Origin: Deltaproteobacteria bacterium
GTDB taxonomy: Bacteria; Desulfobacterota; Binatia; UBA9968
Assembly (NCBI GenBank): GCA_023250495.1
Contig: JAHFAP010000009.1
Location: 1-35,107 of the forward strand
DNA: 35,107 bases
Direction of reading: 5' to 3'
In this document: piece by piece, positions 1 to 7,639 of the stretch
Layout of the letters: every line of letters begins with the position of its first letter
Position numbering within the stretch: the stretch's first letter is position 1
Position numbers and translations under genes: made by a program
Notes under the pieces: generated by a model
The model's database searches: none
Told to the model about the DNA's origin: nothing
What the model saw: only the letters and a program-made list of their open reading frames with translations

Positions 1-96
1 ATCAACCCTGGTCGCTATGAGTTGATCTGTTTTCCGATCCGAATCCACGGCGCGGATGGTGCTCCGTGTCGCGCCGTGCTGCGGGACCTTATATAA
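1..96 (+). CDS. 3' end of a cyclase-family (kynurenine formamidase-like) protein, partial
   Basis: Frame 1 reads INPGRYELICFPIRIHGADGAPCRAVLRDLI* with TAA at 94-96. The P-I-R-I-x-G-x-DG-x-P-x-RA tail resembles the C-terminus of cyclase-family proteins. Only 31 aa are visible. Confidence 0.35.
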   Translation: MNPGRYELICFPIRIHGADGAPCRAVLRDLI

Positions 97-109
97 GGTA
101 GCAGAGAAC

Positions 110-200
110 TGGTGCCCGGAGCCGGAGTCGAACCGGCACGGACCCTTGCGGATCCTCGGGATTTTAAGTCCCGTGTGTCTACCAATTCCACCATCCGGGC
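110..200 (-). tRNA. tRNA-Leu (anticodon UAA), type II with long variable arm, CCA encoded
   Basis: The reverse complement reads GCCCGGA-UG-GUGGAAUUGGUAGACAC-...-CGGGA CUUAAAA UCCCG-long variable arm-GCCGG UUCGACU CCGGC-UCCGGGC-A-CCA. The 7-bp acceptor stem is perfect, the T-loop is UUCGACU, and the anticodon loop is CU-UAA-AA. Confidence 0.9.
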
Positions 201-201
201 A

Positions 202-238
202 GGGTTGGGGATTGGGAATTGGGGATTAGGAATCAGGG
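202..238. repeat. Heptamer tandem array (GGGATTN-type, ~5 units), left arm of the inverted repeat bracketing the four-helix-bundle gene
   Basis: gggttgg ggattgg gaattgg ggattag gaatcag. Positions 208-222 (gggattgggaattgg) are the exact reverse complement of 625-639. Confidence 0.85.
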
Positions 239-244
239 CAAATT

Positions 245-601
245 CTACTTCCTAAGGAGACTTTGAATCAAGCTGTTGATTCTCTTTCCAAGCGTCTCTA
301 CTTCCTGCTGAAGCATCCCTAATCGATCTCCTTGGATGTAGCTGAGCCTCTTTGCTAAAATTAAATGAGTTTCGAGCTCCATCAATGACGCCCGTGCTAC
401 CCTCAGGAACTGGACATACTCTTTCGTAGAGCCCCTTCCCCATCCCTCCGCTATGTTGGCAGGGATGGAGGTGGCCGCCCGCTGAATCTGCGAGATTAGT
501 CCGAACTTCTCCTCGGGAGGAAATGTCCTGGTCATCTGGTACACTTCGACTGTCAGATCCACTCCCTTCTGCCACACTTCCAGTTCTTTGTAATTTTTCA
601 C
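245..601 (-). CDS. Four-helix-bundle protein (23S rRNA intervening-sequence protein / Avd-like family)
   Basis: YKELEVWQKGVDL...ISQIQRAATSIPANIAEGWGRGSTKEYVQFLRVARASLMELETHLILA is the hallmark of this family. The likely start is GTG at 601 (VKNYKELEVWQK). The longest ORF runs to TTG at 649, but that extension (GIRDWELEVRDWE) is encoded by the heptamer array. Confidence 0.85.
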   Translation of the reverse strand: MKNYKELEVWQKGVDLTVEVYQMTRTFPPEEKFGLISQIQRAATSIPANIAEGWGRGSTKEYVQFLRVARASLMELETHLILAKRLSYIQGDRLGMLQQEVETLGKRINSLIQSLLRK

Positions 602-608
602 GGATTTT

Positions 609-652
609 TCCCAATCCCTAACCTCCAATTCCCAATCCCTAATGCCCAACTC
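609..652. repeat. Heptamer tandem array (CCCAATN-type, ~6 units), right arm of the inverted repeat
   Basis: tcccaat ccctaac ctccaat tcccaat ccctaat gcccaac. It abuts the hppA stop codon at 653-655. Confidence 0.85.
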
Positions 653-2776
653 CTAAACAAACAGCGGCGCCAGGACGAGTGTGATCGTGCTTAAGAGTTT
701 GATGAGCACGTGCAGGCTGGGGCCTGCGGTGTCCTTAAAAGGATCGCCGACAGTGTCGCCAACGACTGCGGCCTTGTGCGGGTCGGAGCCTTTGCCGCCG
801 TATTGTCCGCTCTCGATGTACTTCTTGGCATTGTCCCAGGCGCCCCCGCTGTTATTGAAGAAGGTGGCGGCCAATATCCCAGCAATGGTCCCGACCATCA
901 AAAAGGCCGCCACTGCCTCGGCCCCGACGCCGAAGAGGCGAAAGATGATGCCAACGGCAACAGGCATCCCCACAGCTATGAGACCCGGCAGGACCATCTC
1001 CTTCAAGGCTCCCACGGTAACGATGTCCACGCACCTTCCATAGTCGGGCTTGGAGGTGCCCTGGAGAATGCCGGGGTTTTCTCTGAACTGCCTTCGCACT
1101 TCATTGATCACGTAAAATGCTGCCTTCCCTACCGCGCGGATCGCCAGGGCAGAGAAAAGAAAAACCAGCATCGCCCCCAAAAGTCCTCCAACGAATACTT
1201 CGGGCTTGGCAATATTTACCGACTCCAATTTCGTCCCGTAGTGGGCCACCTCATCCAGGTAGGCGGAAAAGAGAAGGAAAGCAGCAAGGGCTGCAGATCC
1301 AATCGCATAGCCCTTGGTGAGGGCCTTGGTGGTATTCCCCACGGCATCGAGGCGGTCGGTTTTCTTACGCACATCCTCGGCTTGGTGGCTCATCTCGACA
1401 ATGCCGCCGGCATTGTCCGTGATCGGACCGAAGGTATCCATCGCCAGGATGTAAGCCGCTGTACCCAACATTCCCATCGTGGCGACCGCCGTGCCAAAGA
1501 GACCGGCATGAGGCACGCCGCTCATATTCCCGAGATGATAGGATCCTATGATCGCAGTGGAGATAACGATGACCGGAATGGCCGTGCATTCCAGGCCCAC
1601 GGCAATCCCGGCGATGATGTTGGTGGCCGGGCCGGTTTGAGAGGCGTCCGCAATCGACTTAACAGGGCGGTATTTATACTCGGTGTAGTACTGAGTGATA
1701 TAGACAAACGCTTGGGCGGTGGCGATGCCGACAACACCGCAAAGAAAAAAGTAAAACCATGCGGAGGTAGCCTCAGGATGGGCAACCGGATCGACCACCA
1801 GGAGCCAGCGGCTAGCCACAAATAGTCCAAGGACAGCCAGAATGCTGGTCACATAATAACCCCGGTTGAGGGCAGCCATAGGATCGCCTTTTTCATCGGT
1901 CCTAACGATAACGACTCCGACGATCGAGGCGATCAATCCAAAGGCACGGGCCGCCAATGGAAAGAGGATCCCCTGGAGCCCGAAATAGGGAAATAGGCCG
2001 ACCCCGAGGATCATCGCACCGATATTCTCCGCCGCCGTGGACTCAAAGAGATCGGCGCCGCGGCCCGCGCAGTCTCCCACATTGTCGCCGACAAGATCCG
2101 CGATCACCGCGGGATTGCGCGGATCGTCCTCAGGGATGCCTGCCTCGACCTTTCCCACCAGATCGGCCCCCACGTCCGCGGCCTTGGTGTAAATCCCGCC
2201 CCCGAGCTGAGCGAACAGGGCAACGAAGGAAGCGCCGAAGCCGTACCCTACGATGGTGAACGGTATCTTCTGCGGGTCATGTCCCATCGCCTGGAGCAGG
2301 GTGTAAAGCCCGCCGACTCCGAGAAGACTCATCGCGACCACGAACAAGCCTGAGACGGCGCCGCCGCGCAATGCGATGCGCAGCCCTTGGTTGAGACTCG
2401 TTCTGACGGCGGCGGCGGTGCGGATGTTGGCCCTGATCGACACCCACATCCCGATATAGCCCGCGATAACAGAGCATAACGCCCCTAAGACGAAGGAGAG
2501 GGTTGTCCAGAAGGCCAATTGCAGCGGCGGGACCGGATCCGCCGGATTCGGCGTGCGCACGAAGCCGTAAAGGACGAAAATCAGCACGGCCAGCGCAATG
2601 GCAAGCGTTATGATGGTCTTGTTCTGCCGAGCCAGAAAGGCCTCGGCGCCCTCTTTGATGGCATTCGAAATCTCTTGCATCGCTTGCGTTCCGCTGTCGC
2701 TGCGCAACACGAAGCGCGCCAGATAGACGGCAAACAGCAACGAACCGAAACTAACGGCAAACACAAATGGGATCAT
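653..2776 (-). CDS. hppA: Membrane-bound proton-translocating pyrophosphatase, K+-independent subfamily
   Basis: 707-aa polytopic ORF with motifs GDNVGDCAGRGADLFES, WDNAKKYIE and GDTVGDPFKDTAGPS. GNTTKA (Lys rather than Ala) is the determinant reported for K+-independent PPases. Confidence 0.95.
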   Translation of the reverse strand: MIPFVFAVSFGSLLFAVYLARFVLRSDSGTQAMQEISNAIKEGAEAFLARQNKTIITLAIALAVLIFVLYGFVRTPNPADPVPPLQLAFWTTLSFVLGALCSVIAGYIGMWVSIRANIRTAAAVRTSLNQGLRIALRGGAVSGLFVVAMSLLGVGGLYTLLQAMGHDPQKIPFTIVGYGFGASFVALFAQLGGGIYTKAADVGADLVGKVEAGIPEDDPRNPAVIADLVGDNVGDCAGRGADLFESTAAENIGAMILGVGLFPYFGLQGILFPLAARAFGLIASIVGVVIVRTDEKGDPMAALNRGYYVTSILAVLGLFVASRWLLVVDPVAHPEATSAWFYFFLCGVVGIATAQAFVYITQYYTEYKYRPVKSIADASQTGPATNIIAGIAVGLECTAIPVIVISTAIIGSYHLGNMSGVPHAGLFGTAVATMGMLGTAAYILAMDTFGPITDNAGGIVEMSHQAEDVRKKTDRLDAVGNTTKALTKGYAIGSAALAAFLLFSAYLDEVAHYGTKLESVNIAKPEVFVGGLLGAMLVFLFSALAIRAVGKAAFYVINEVRRQFRENPGILQGTSKPDYGRCVDIVTVGALKEMVLPGLIAVGMPVAVGIIFRLFGVGAEAVAAFLMVGTIAGILAATFFNNSGGAWDNAKKYIESGQYGGKGSDPHKAAVVGDTVGDPFKDTAGPSLHVLIKLLSTITLVLAPLFV

Positions 2777-2804
2777 CAGCGAGTCCTTTCTTCAGGGGGA
2801 TTCA

Positions 2805-3533
2805 TCACGCCGGCCTGCGCCAGATGTAGGCAACGAGGATGCTCAGCAGATAGAGGATCGTCATCGGCAATGCCAACAGTGTCTGGTTGATGACATCCGG
2901 CGTGGGCGTCAGGATTGCAGCAATGATAAAGATCGCGACAATGGCATAGCGAAACGATCTCCACATGAAGCGGTAGTCCACAATCCCCAGGCGCACCAGA
3001 AAGAAGGTAAAAACCGGCAACTCAAACGTAATTCCAAACGCCAGCACCATGCGGAAGAAAAAGCTGAAATACTCGCCGATGCGGATCTCTGGAGAGACCC
3101 CCAGGGAGAGGTACTGATCGATAAAGTAGCCAAAGGCGACGGGAAGCACGACGCGATAGCAGAAGTAGGCCCCACCAACAAAGAAAAACGTGGCACAGAG
3201 CACAAAAGGGATAACCGTTTTCTTCTCGCTGCCAAGGAGACCTGGAGCTAAGAAGCGCCAAATCTGATAGAAAATAACCGGGCAAGCGAGAAAAACTCCT
3301 CCGACCAGCGCCACCTTCATCTCGATAAAGAAGGCCTCGGTGACTCCGGTGCCGATCAGACTCTGCCCGGGCCGAAGGCTCTGCTGCAAAGGCGCAACCA
3401 TGAAAGCGAAGATCCTGTCTGATCCAAGGTAACTCAATCCAAATGCCAGCGCGACTGCTCCCAGGGACTTCAGCAGGCGCCAGCGCAACTCCTCCAGGTG
3501 CTCCGTAAACGTCATGTAAGGGTTCGCCGCCAT
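2805..3533 (-). CDS. tatC: Twin-arginine translocase subunit TatC
   Basis: 242 aa with about 6 TM segments. The N-terminus MTFTEHLEELRWRLLKSL is typical of TatC. It lies 28 nt upstream of hppA, so the two are likely co-transcribed. Confidence 0.9.
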   Translation of the reverse strand: MAANPYMTFTEHLEELRWRLLKSLGAVALAFGLSYLGSDRIFAFMVAPLQQSLRPGQSLIGTGVTEAFFIEMKVALVGGVFLACPVIFYQIWRFLAPGLLGSEKKTVIPFVLCATFFFVGGAYFCYRVVLPVAFGYFIDQYLSLGVSPEIRIGEYFSFFFRMVLAFGITFELPVFTFFLVRLGIVDYRFMWRSFRYAIVAIFIIAAILTPTPDVINQTLLALPMTILYLLSILVAYIWRRPA

Positions 3534-3595
3534 GTCGTCACTTCTGCGGAGTCCGAGGAACTTGAAAAACTACTCTTGAACAAACCACAAAATTG

Positions 3596-3631
3596 CAAAA
3601 AAGGGGAAGGATACTGACCCTTCCCCTTTTT
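3596..3631 (-). terminator. Rho-independent terminator (bidirectional hairpin) after the small lipoprotein gene
   Basis: Stem ggggaagg (3603-3610) pairs with ccttcccc (3619-3626) around an 8-nt loop. An A-run lies on one side and a T-run on the other. On the minus strand the stem is followed by about 7 U. Confidence 0.7.
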
Positions 3632-3665
3632 GGGTTGCCGAAACCAATTATAAGGCGACTCGGCC

Positions 3666-3926
3666 TTATTTGGCTTTCTTCCCCTCTGCCTTTTTCTCCG
3701 CCGACTTGCTCTCCATAGGAGCCGCTGGCGCTGCTGGCGCGGCCTCGCCGCCTGCCGGAGCAGGGGCCATCGCGCCGGGCGCACCGGGCGCCCCACCTTC
3801 CGGAGCTGCCGGCGCCGCTGGCGCAGGAGCGGGAGGAGGCGGTTCTTCCTTCTTACCGCAACCGGCAAATGCTAGAGTCAAAGTGAAGAGGGTCACCATC
3901 GACCAAGAAACAATTCTTTTTCCCAT
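3666..3926 (-). CDS. Small lipoprotein with Ala/Pro-rich low-complexity region
   Basis: Lipobox LAFAG-C follows a hydrophobic signal segment. A strong SD (aaaggaggtgaacaagg) precedes the ATG. The mature part is (A/P/G)-rich with a Lys-rich tail. Confidence 0.7.
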   Translation of the reverse strand: MGKRIVSWSMVTLFTLTLAFAGCGKKEEPPPPAPAPAAPAAPEGGAPGAPGAMAPAPAGGEAAPAAPAAPMESKSAEKKAEGKKAK

Positions 3927-4027
3927 CCTTGTTCACCTCCTTTCCCACAACTTAAGAGCCTTTCTACTAAGCAATTTTTATTGCACAAGTCCAAACCACT
4001 TACAAGGGGGAGTGAAACAAACGAAGT

Positions 4028-6133
4028 TCACCGGGGTGCGCGGCGGCGCAAATCGATCTCGGCTCTCTCCCTGAGATCCGCCGGCTGCGCATTTGCATCC
4101 ACCTCCCCCTTCTTCTCCCTCCTCGCCTTTGTCGGCCCAGGCGGCGCTATCTTGGAGCCGGCCGCATAGGGAATTCTGGCCAAGGCCGAGCTTTCGAAAA
4201 CGGGCAGAGGATAACCACCTTCCCGCAAGTTCACCTCCAACCAACTGATCCCATCTGGCACGAGAAAATCCGCAGAGCCGCTTCCTTGGCCAGCCCCGGT
4301 CATGAAGGCCAACCAGATTGGCAGCGCAGTATTGGCGCCCGTCTCCCGGTCTCCCAGAGGCCGATGGTCGTCATAGCCCACCCACACTCCAGCGATCAAC
4401 TCTGGAGTATATCCGAGGAACCAGCCGTCGCGAAAATCACTCGTTGTCCCGGTCTTGCCGGCGACGTTACGGCCGAGCTTGGCCGCCGCCCGACCGGTCC
4501 CACTCTGGATCACGTTTTTCAGCATATCCGTGAGCACATACGCGACCTCCGGCGAAAGTACTGGCTTCGACTTTGGTTCGTTCTCTTCCAGGACGTTCCC
4601 GTATCGGTCGGTCACCTTTGTGATGAAAAGTGGCTCGGCTAGATGACCTCCGCTGGCGAACACGCCGAACGCGCGGACCATCTCGAGAAGCGACAAAGAG
4701 GCAGAGCCCAAGGCCAGCGAGAGGTTTTTTTCTAATGGAGATTCAATGCCGAGCTTGCGGGCCTGCTGGATGACTCGTTCCACTCCGATGCGCTCCACCA
4801 GCCGCACCGCAACGCTATTTAAGGAATGGGCCAGCGCGCTGCGCAGGGTGACCGGCCCGACGAAGCGGTTGTCGTAATTCTGTGGACGCCAGAATTTACC
4901 CGGCGCCATGCGCAGGCTGAGCGGAGCATCCTGCACGACCGACAACTCGGAGTATCCCTGCTCCAACGCGGCGGAATAGATGATCGGCTTGAATGCGCTC
5001 CCGGGCTGGCGCTTCGCCTGAAGCGCGCGGTTGAATTGGCTGAGGTAAAAATCATACCCTCCCACAAGCGCCCGCACCGTTCCCGTTCCCGGGTCCATAG
5101 CAATCAACGCGCCCTCGACGTCACCCCGACCTTCCTGAGCGACCCCGGATTTCCTCTTAACCCTGAGCCGTATCTCATTTAGTCCCTCCCGGACCGCCTT
5201 TTGGGCCGCGCTCTGGATCGCGGCATCAAGGGTGGTGTAGATCTGGAGCCCTCCCTGCAGGAGGGGATCAAAACCGTATCGATCCCCTGTGGTACGACGC
5301 ACATACTCCACGAAGTACGGAGCTATTTGCGAATTGAGCGCCGGGGCTGGGGTCAGGTGGATGGGAGTCTGGAGCGCTTCTTGGTAAGCCACCTCGGTGA
5401 TGAATCGCTCCCGCAACATCCTGCGCAGAACGTAGCGCTGCCTCTCGGTGGCGGCAAAGAAATCTCTGTAGGGCGAATTTCGGCTCGGAGATCTGGGAAG
5501 ACCGGCTAGCAGCGCCGCCTCAGCCAGATTGAGCTGATCCACGCCCTTACCGAAGTAATCCCGGCTGGCGGCCTCGATGCCATAATTGCCGTGGCCAAAA
5601 TAAGCCTGGTTCAGGTAGAGGTACAGGATTTCCTCTTTGGTATGGTTTTTCTCCACCCGGTAAGCCAAGATAGCTTCGCGGATTTTCCGTGTCAGAGTCC
5701 TTTCCGGCGTGAGAAAGAAGCCACGGACAAGTTGCTGTGTGATCGTGCTTCCCCCCTCACGGACCGCTCCTCTCCTTAGATTGGCGAAGAAGGCCCGCAG
5801 GATAGCGAACGCGTCGACTCCCCGGTGCATGAAAAAACGGGCGTCCTCCGCGGCAAGGATCGCCTGGACAACCTGAGGAGGGATACGCTCCAGAGGTACA
5901 ACCACTCTCCGCTGGTGATAGAATTCACCGATCGGCTGCCCGCGCACATCATAGACCGTACTGACCACGGCAGGCCGATAACCCGATTTTAAATCCAACC
6001 GGCTGGGGAGGTCGTGTCCATAGTAATAAACGACCCCACCGACCACGATCAAACCCAAGAGACAAATCAGACCGATCGTCCAGAGGATAAGTCGGAACAC
6101 AAAACTCCTTTCGCCTTTAGAGCGCGGCATCAT
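4028..6133 (-). CDS. mrcA: Class A penicillin-binding protein (PBP1A, glycosyltransferase + transpeptidase)
   Basis: It carries the GT51 motif EDARFFMHRGVD and the transpeptidase motifs SAFKP (SxxK), SLN (SxN) and KTGTT, plus an N-terminal TM anchor. The first ATG is at 6133; the ORF track starts at TTG 6142. Confidence 0.93.
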   Translation of the reverse strand: MMPRSKGERSFVFRLILWTIGLICLLGLIVVGGVVYYYGHDLPSRLDLKSGYRPAVVSTVYDVRGQPIGEFYHQRRVVVPLERIPPQVVQAILAAEDARFFMHRGVDAFAILRAFFANLRRGAVREGGSTITQQLVRGFFLTPERTLTRKIREAILAYRVEKNHTKEEILYLYLNQAYFGHGNYGIEAASRDYFGKGVDQLNLAEAALLAGLPRSPSRNSPYRDFFAATERQRYVLRRMLRERFITEVAYQEALQTPIHLTPAPALNSQIAPYFVEYVRRTTGDRYGFDPLLQGGLQIYTTLDAAIQSAAQKAVREGLNEIRLRVKRKSGVAQEGRGDVEGALIAMDPGTGTVRALVGGYDFYLSQFNRALQAKRQPGSAFKPIIYSAALEQGYSELSVVQDAPLSLRMAPGKFWRPQNYDNRFVGPVTLRSALAHSLNSVAVRLVERIGVERVIQQARKLGIESPLEKNLSLALGSASLSLLEMVRAFGVFASGGHLAEPLFITKVTDRYGNVLEENEPKSKPVLSPEVAYVLTDMLKNVIQSGTGRAAAKLGRNVAGKTGTTSDFRDGWFLGYTPELIAGVWVGYDDHRPLGDRETGANTALPIWLAFMTGAGQGSGSADFLVPDGISWLEVNLREGGYPLPVFESSALARIPYAAGSKIAPPGPTKARREKKGEVDANAQPADLRERAEIDLRRRAPR

Positions 6134-6572
6134 CAGTTGCAAAGCAACGAAATTCTAGCGGAACTAAAAAAATTTATAATCTCTCTTTCTGCCCACCCCC
6201 CTGAGCCAAGATTTGAAAAAATCGCAAGAGAGAAAGCTCCATACTAAACCCTCGACCAAAAGCGGCTAACTTTAGATCGGCACGAGGTAGAAACCAACAA
6301 AAGATGTTCATAACTTGTTGATAAGTGGTAAAGGAAACGAGTTGGAAGGCTAAAAATCGCTAAGGGGAACGGATTGCCGAATATATCAGCACAAAAAATC
6401 TCGCCATAACAGTGAGTTGTAAAGTTTTTGTTCATGGAGCCTCGCTTTACCCCATGAACCAAGCGCCGCGCCAGCGGCCACTCGGAGAATTTACTCAAAG
6501 AAAGCAGTAGGGTAGGGTGAAAAAACTGACGACTGCAGCAGTTCCGGTTATCCTTCAGACTTCATCTCTCCA

Positions 6573-6601
6573 TTGACTCGTCGGGACGCAAATGATAATG
6601 G
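6573..6601 (+). promoter_or_regulatory. Candidate sigma70-type promoter of rpsT
   Basis: TTGACT (6573-6578), a 17-nt spacer, then TAATGG (6596-6601) with TG at 6593-6594 (extended -10). It lies about 25 nt upstream of the rpsT start. Confidence 0.4.
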
Positions 6602-6626
6602 AGATAGTCATCCTTGGAGGCCACTC

Positions 6627-6896
6627 TTGGCTATTCACGCATCAGCGATCAAGCGACACCGGCAAAGCCTAAAAAGAAGGGCGACAAACAAGGAGGTTAA
6701 ATCCAGGATCAGGACCCTCATTAAGAAAGCCCGACAGGCGATCGAGGCAAAAGATCGCGGACAAATCTCCGCTCACCTGCGCGAAGTCAACCAGGCCCTT
6801 GGAAAAGCCGTGAGCAAAGGAATCTTCAAGCGCAACACTGCGGCTCGCTGGCTGTCCCGTTTGGCCCGCTCGGCCGGCAACCTGGCTACCGCCTAA
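6627..6896 (+). CDS. rpsT: 30S ribosomal protein S20
   Basis: (M)AIHASAIKRHRQSLKRRATNKEVKSRIRT... is the canonical S20 N-terminus. The start is TTG at 6627, preceded by GGAGG at 6616-6620. The longer ORF from 6573 is not supported. Confidence 0.9.
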   Translation: MAIHASAIKRHRQSLKRRATNKEVKSRIRTLIKKARQAIEAKDRGQISAHLREVNQALGKAVSKGIFKRNTAARWLSRLARSAGNLATA

Positions 6897-6926
6897 TAAC
6901 CTCACGCCCTATCCTACGGCTCTACA

Positions 6927-6971
6927 TTCAGCTCCGGTTTTCTTCCGGCTGATCGCTGAAAGCTGAAGGCT
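6927..6971. repeat. GCTGA-family heptamer array (reduced copy) in the rpsT/lptE convergent gap
   Basis: ttcagct ccgg ttttctt ccgg ctgatc gctgaaa gctgaag gct. It contains the 12-mer GCTGATCGCTGA at 6948-6959. Confidence 0.8.
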
Positions 6972-6973
6972 AA

Positions 6974-7639
6974 CTAAAACATCTCAAGGAGCCTGCTGTG
7001 CAACTCGTGTGCCGCCCCCTCCACCAACCGGCCCCGGGCCTCCTGCTTTAATGTCTCGGTAAGCTGGATATCGGTAAATTGACGCACATCTACCGGATTT
7101 AACGTCTGTGAGCGAAAATCCGAGGAGGTCGTCACCACCGCTCCTCGCGAGCCGGCGTACAGCTCTGAAAACCTAGCTCCCTGCGTGCGCCAGAGAAGTT
7201 CGTCCGGGGAGCGACGCCGAAGACTCATATCCAAAACCAGCACCATCTCGTACTGAAGCGCCTCATCGTGGCGATTAGTCCCCACCACCCGGCTGTCGAA
7301 CAAGCGCGCCACTCCACTCAGGACCGCATCCGCGTCTTCTAGGCGGTCAACCACTCGGAGCTGCCCCTTCTGGCGCAATTCGCTCTTGAGGGCCGTCGTG
7401 ACTTCCCTCTCGAGTCCGACTTCCCGCGTCCGGTTGACAAAAGGCTCCACAAAGACGGAATGGACATCTTTCGGAAACCCCTCCCCCTTCCCGGCGAACT
7501 GATAGCCGCAACCCCAAACTATGAGCAAAAGGAAAAGGGCGGGTGAAGCGAGCCAATTTTGCCTTTTGCCTTTTGCCTTTTTCAGCCTGAGGCTGATCCG
7601 CCTCCGGCGGAGCGTTTTGCCTTCTGCTCTCATATTCAT
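6974..7639 (-). CDS. lptE: LPS-assembly lipoprotein LptE-like
   Basis: Lipobox [10 protein letters not shown] is followed by an LptE-like region ([10 protein letters not shown]...). It shows the classic leuS-lptE synteny, with a 4-nt overlap with the leuS stop. Family assignment rests on motif and synteny only. Confidence 0.6.
   Translation of the reverse strand: MNMRAEGKTLRRRRISLRLKKAKGKRQNWLASPALFLLLIVWGCGYQFAGKGEGFPKDVHSVFVEPFVNRTREVGLEREVTTALKSELRQKGQLRVVDRLEDADAVLSGVARLFDSRVVGTNRHDEALQYEMVLVLDMSLRRRSPDELLWRTQGARFSELYAGSRGAVVTTSSDFRSQTLNPVDVRQFTDIQLTETLKQEARGRLVEGAAHELHSRLLEMF
7557..7596. repeat. (TTTTGCC)3 heptamer run fused to the palindrome TCAGCCTGAGGCTGA, inside the lptE signal-peptide n-region
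   Basis: ttttgcc x3 lies at 7557-7577. The palindrome at 7582-7596 carries the TCAGC/GCTGA cores. On the minus strand the region is translated as ...[12 protein letters not shown]... Confidence 0.75.

Noticed and set aside
202-652. Diversity-generating retroelement, because Avd proteins belong to the same four-helix-bundle family
   Set aside because: There is no reverse transcriptase, no template/variable repeat pair and no target gene nearby.
710-1825. 371-aa plus-strand ORF, together with several other long ORFs antisense to hppA, glyA (15103-16113), the gldG-like gene (23460-24089, 24102-25028) and the radical SAM gene (32881-33549)
   Set aside because: All are antisense to strongly motif-supported genes. 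They are Arg/Gly/Pro-rich with no recognisable domains, which is the usual shadow-ORF artefact in GC-rich coding DNA.
3670-4074. 134-aa plus-strand ORF rich in Ala/Gly/Pro
   Set aside because: It is the antisense reading of the Ala/Pro-rich lipoprotein gene, which has the SD, signal peptide and lipobox.
6244-6498. 84-aa minus-strand ORF in the AT-rich intergenic region
   Set aside because: It has no ribosome-binding site and no recognisable motif. Its composition is typical of a chance ORF in AT-rich DNA, and it lies in a divergent promoter region.
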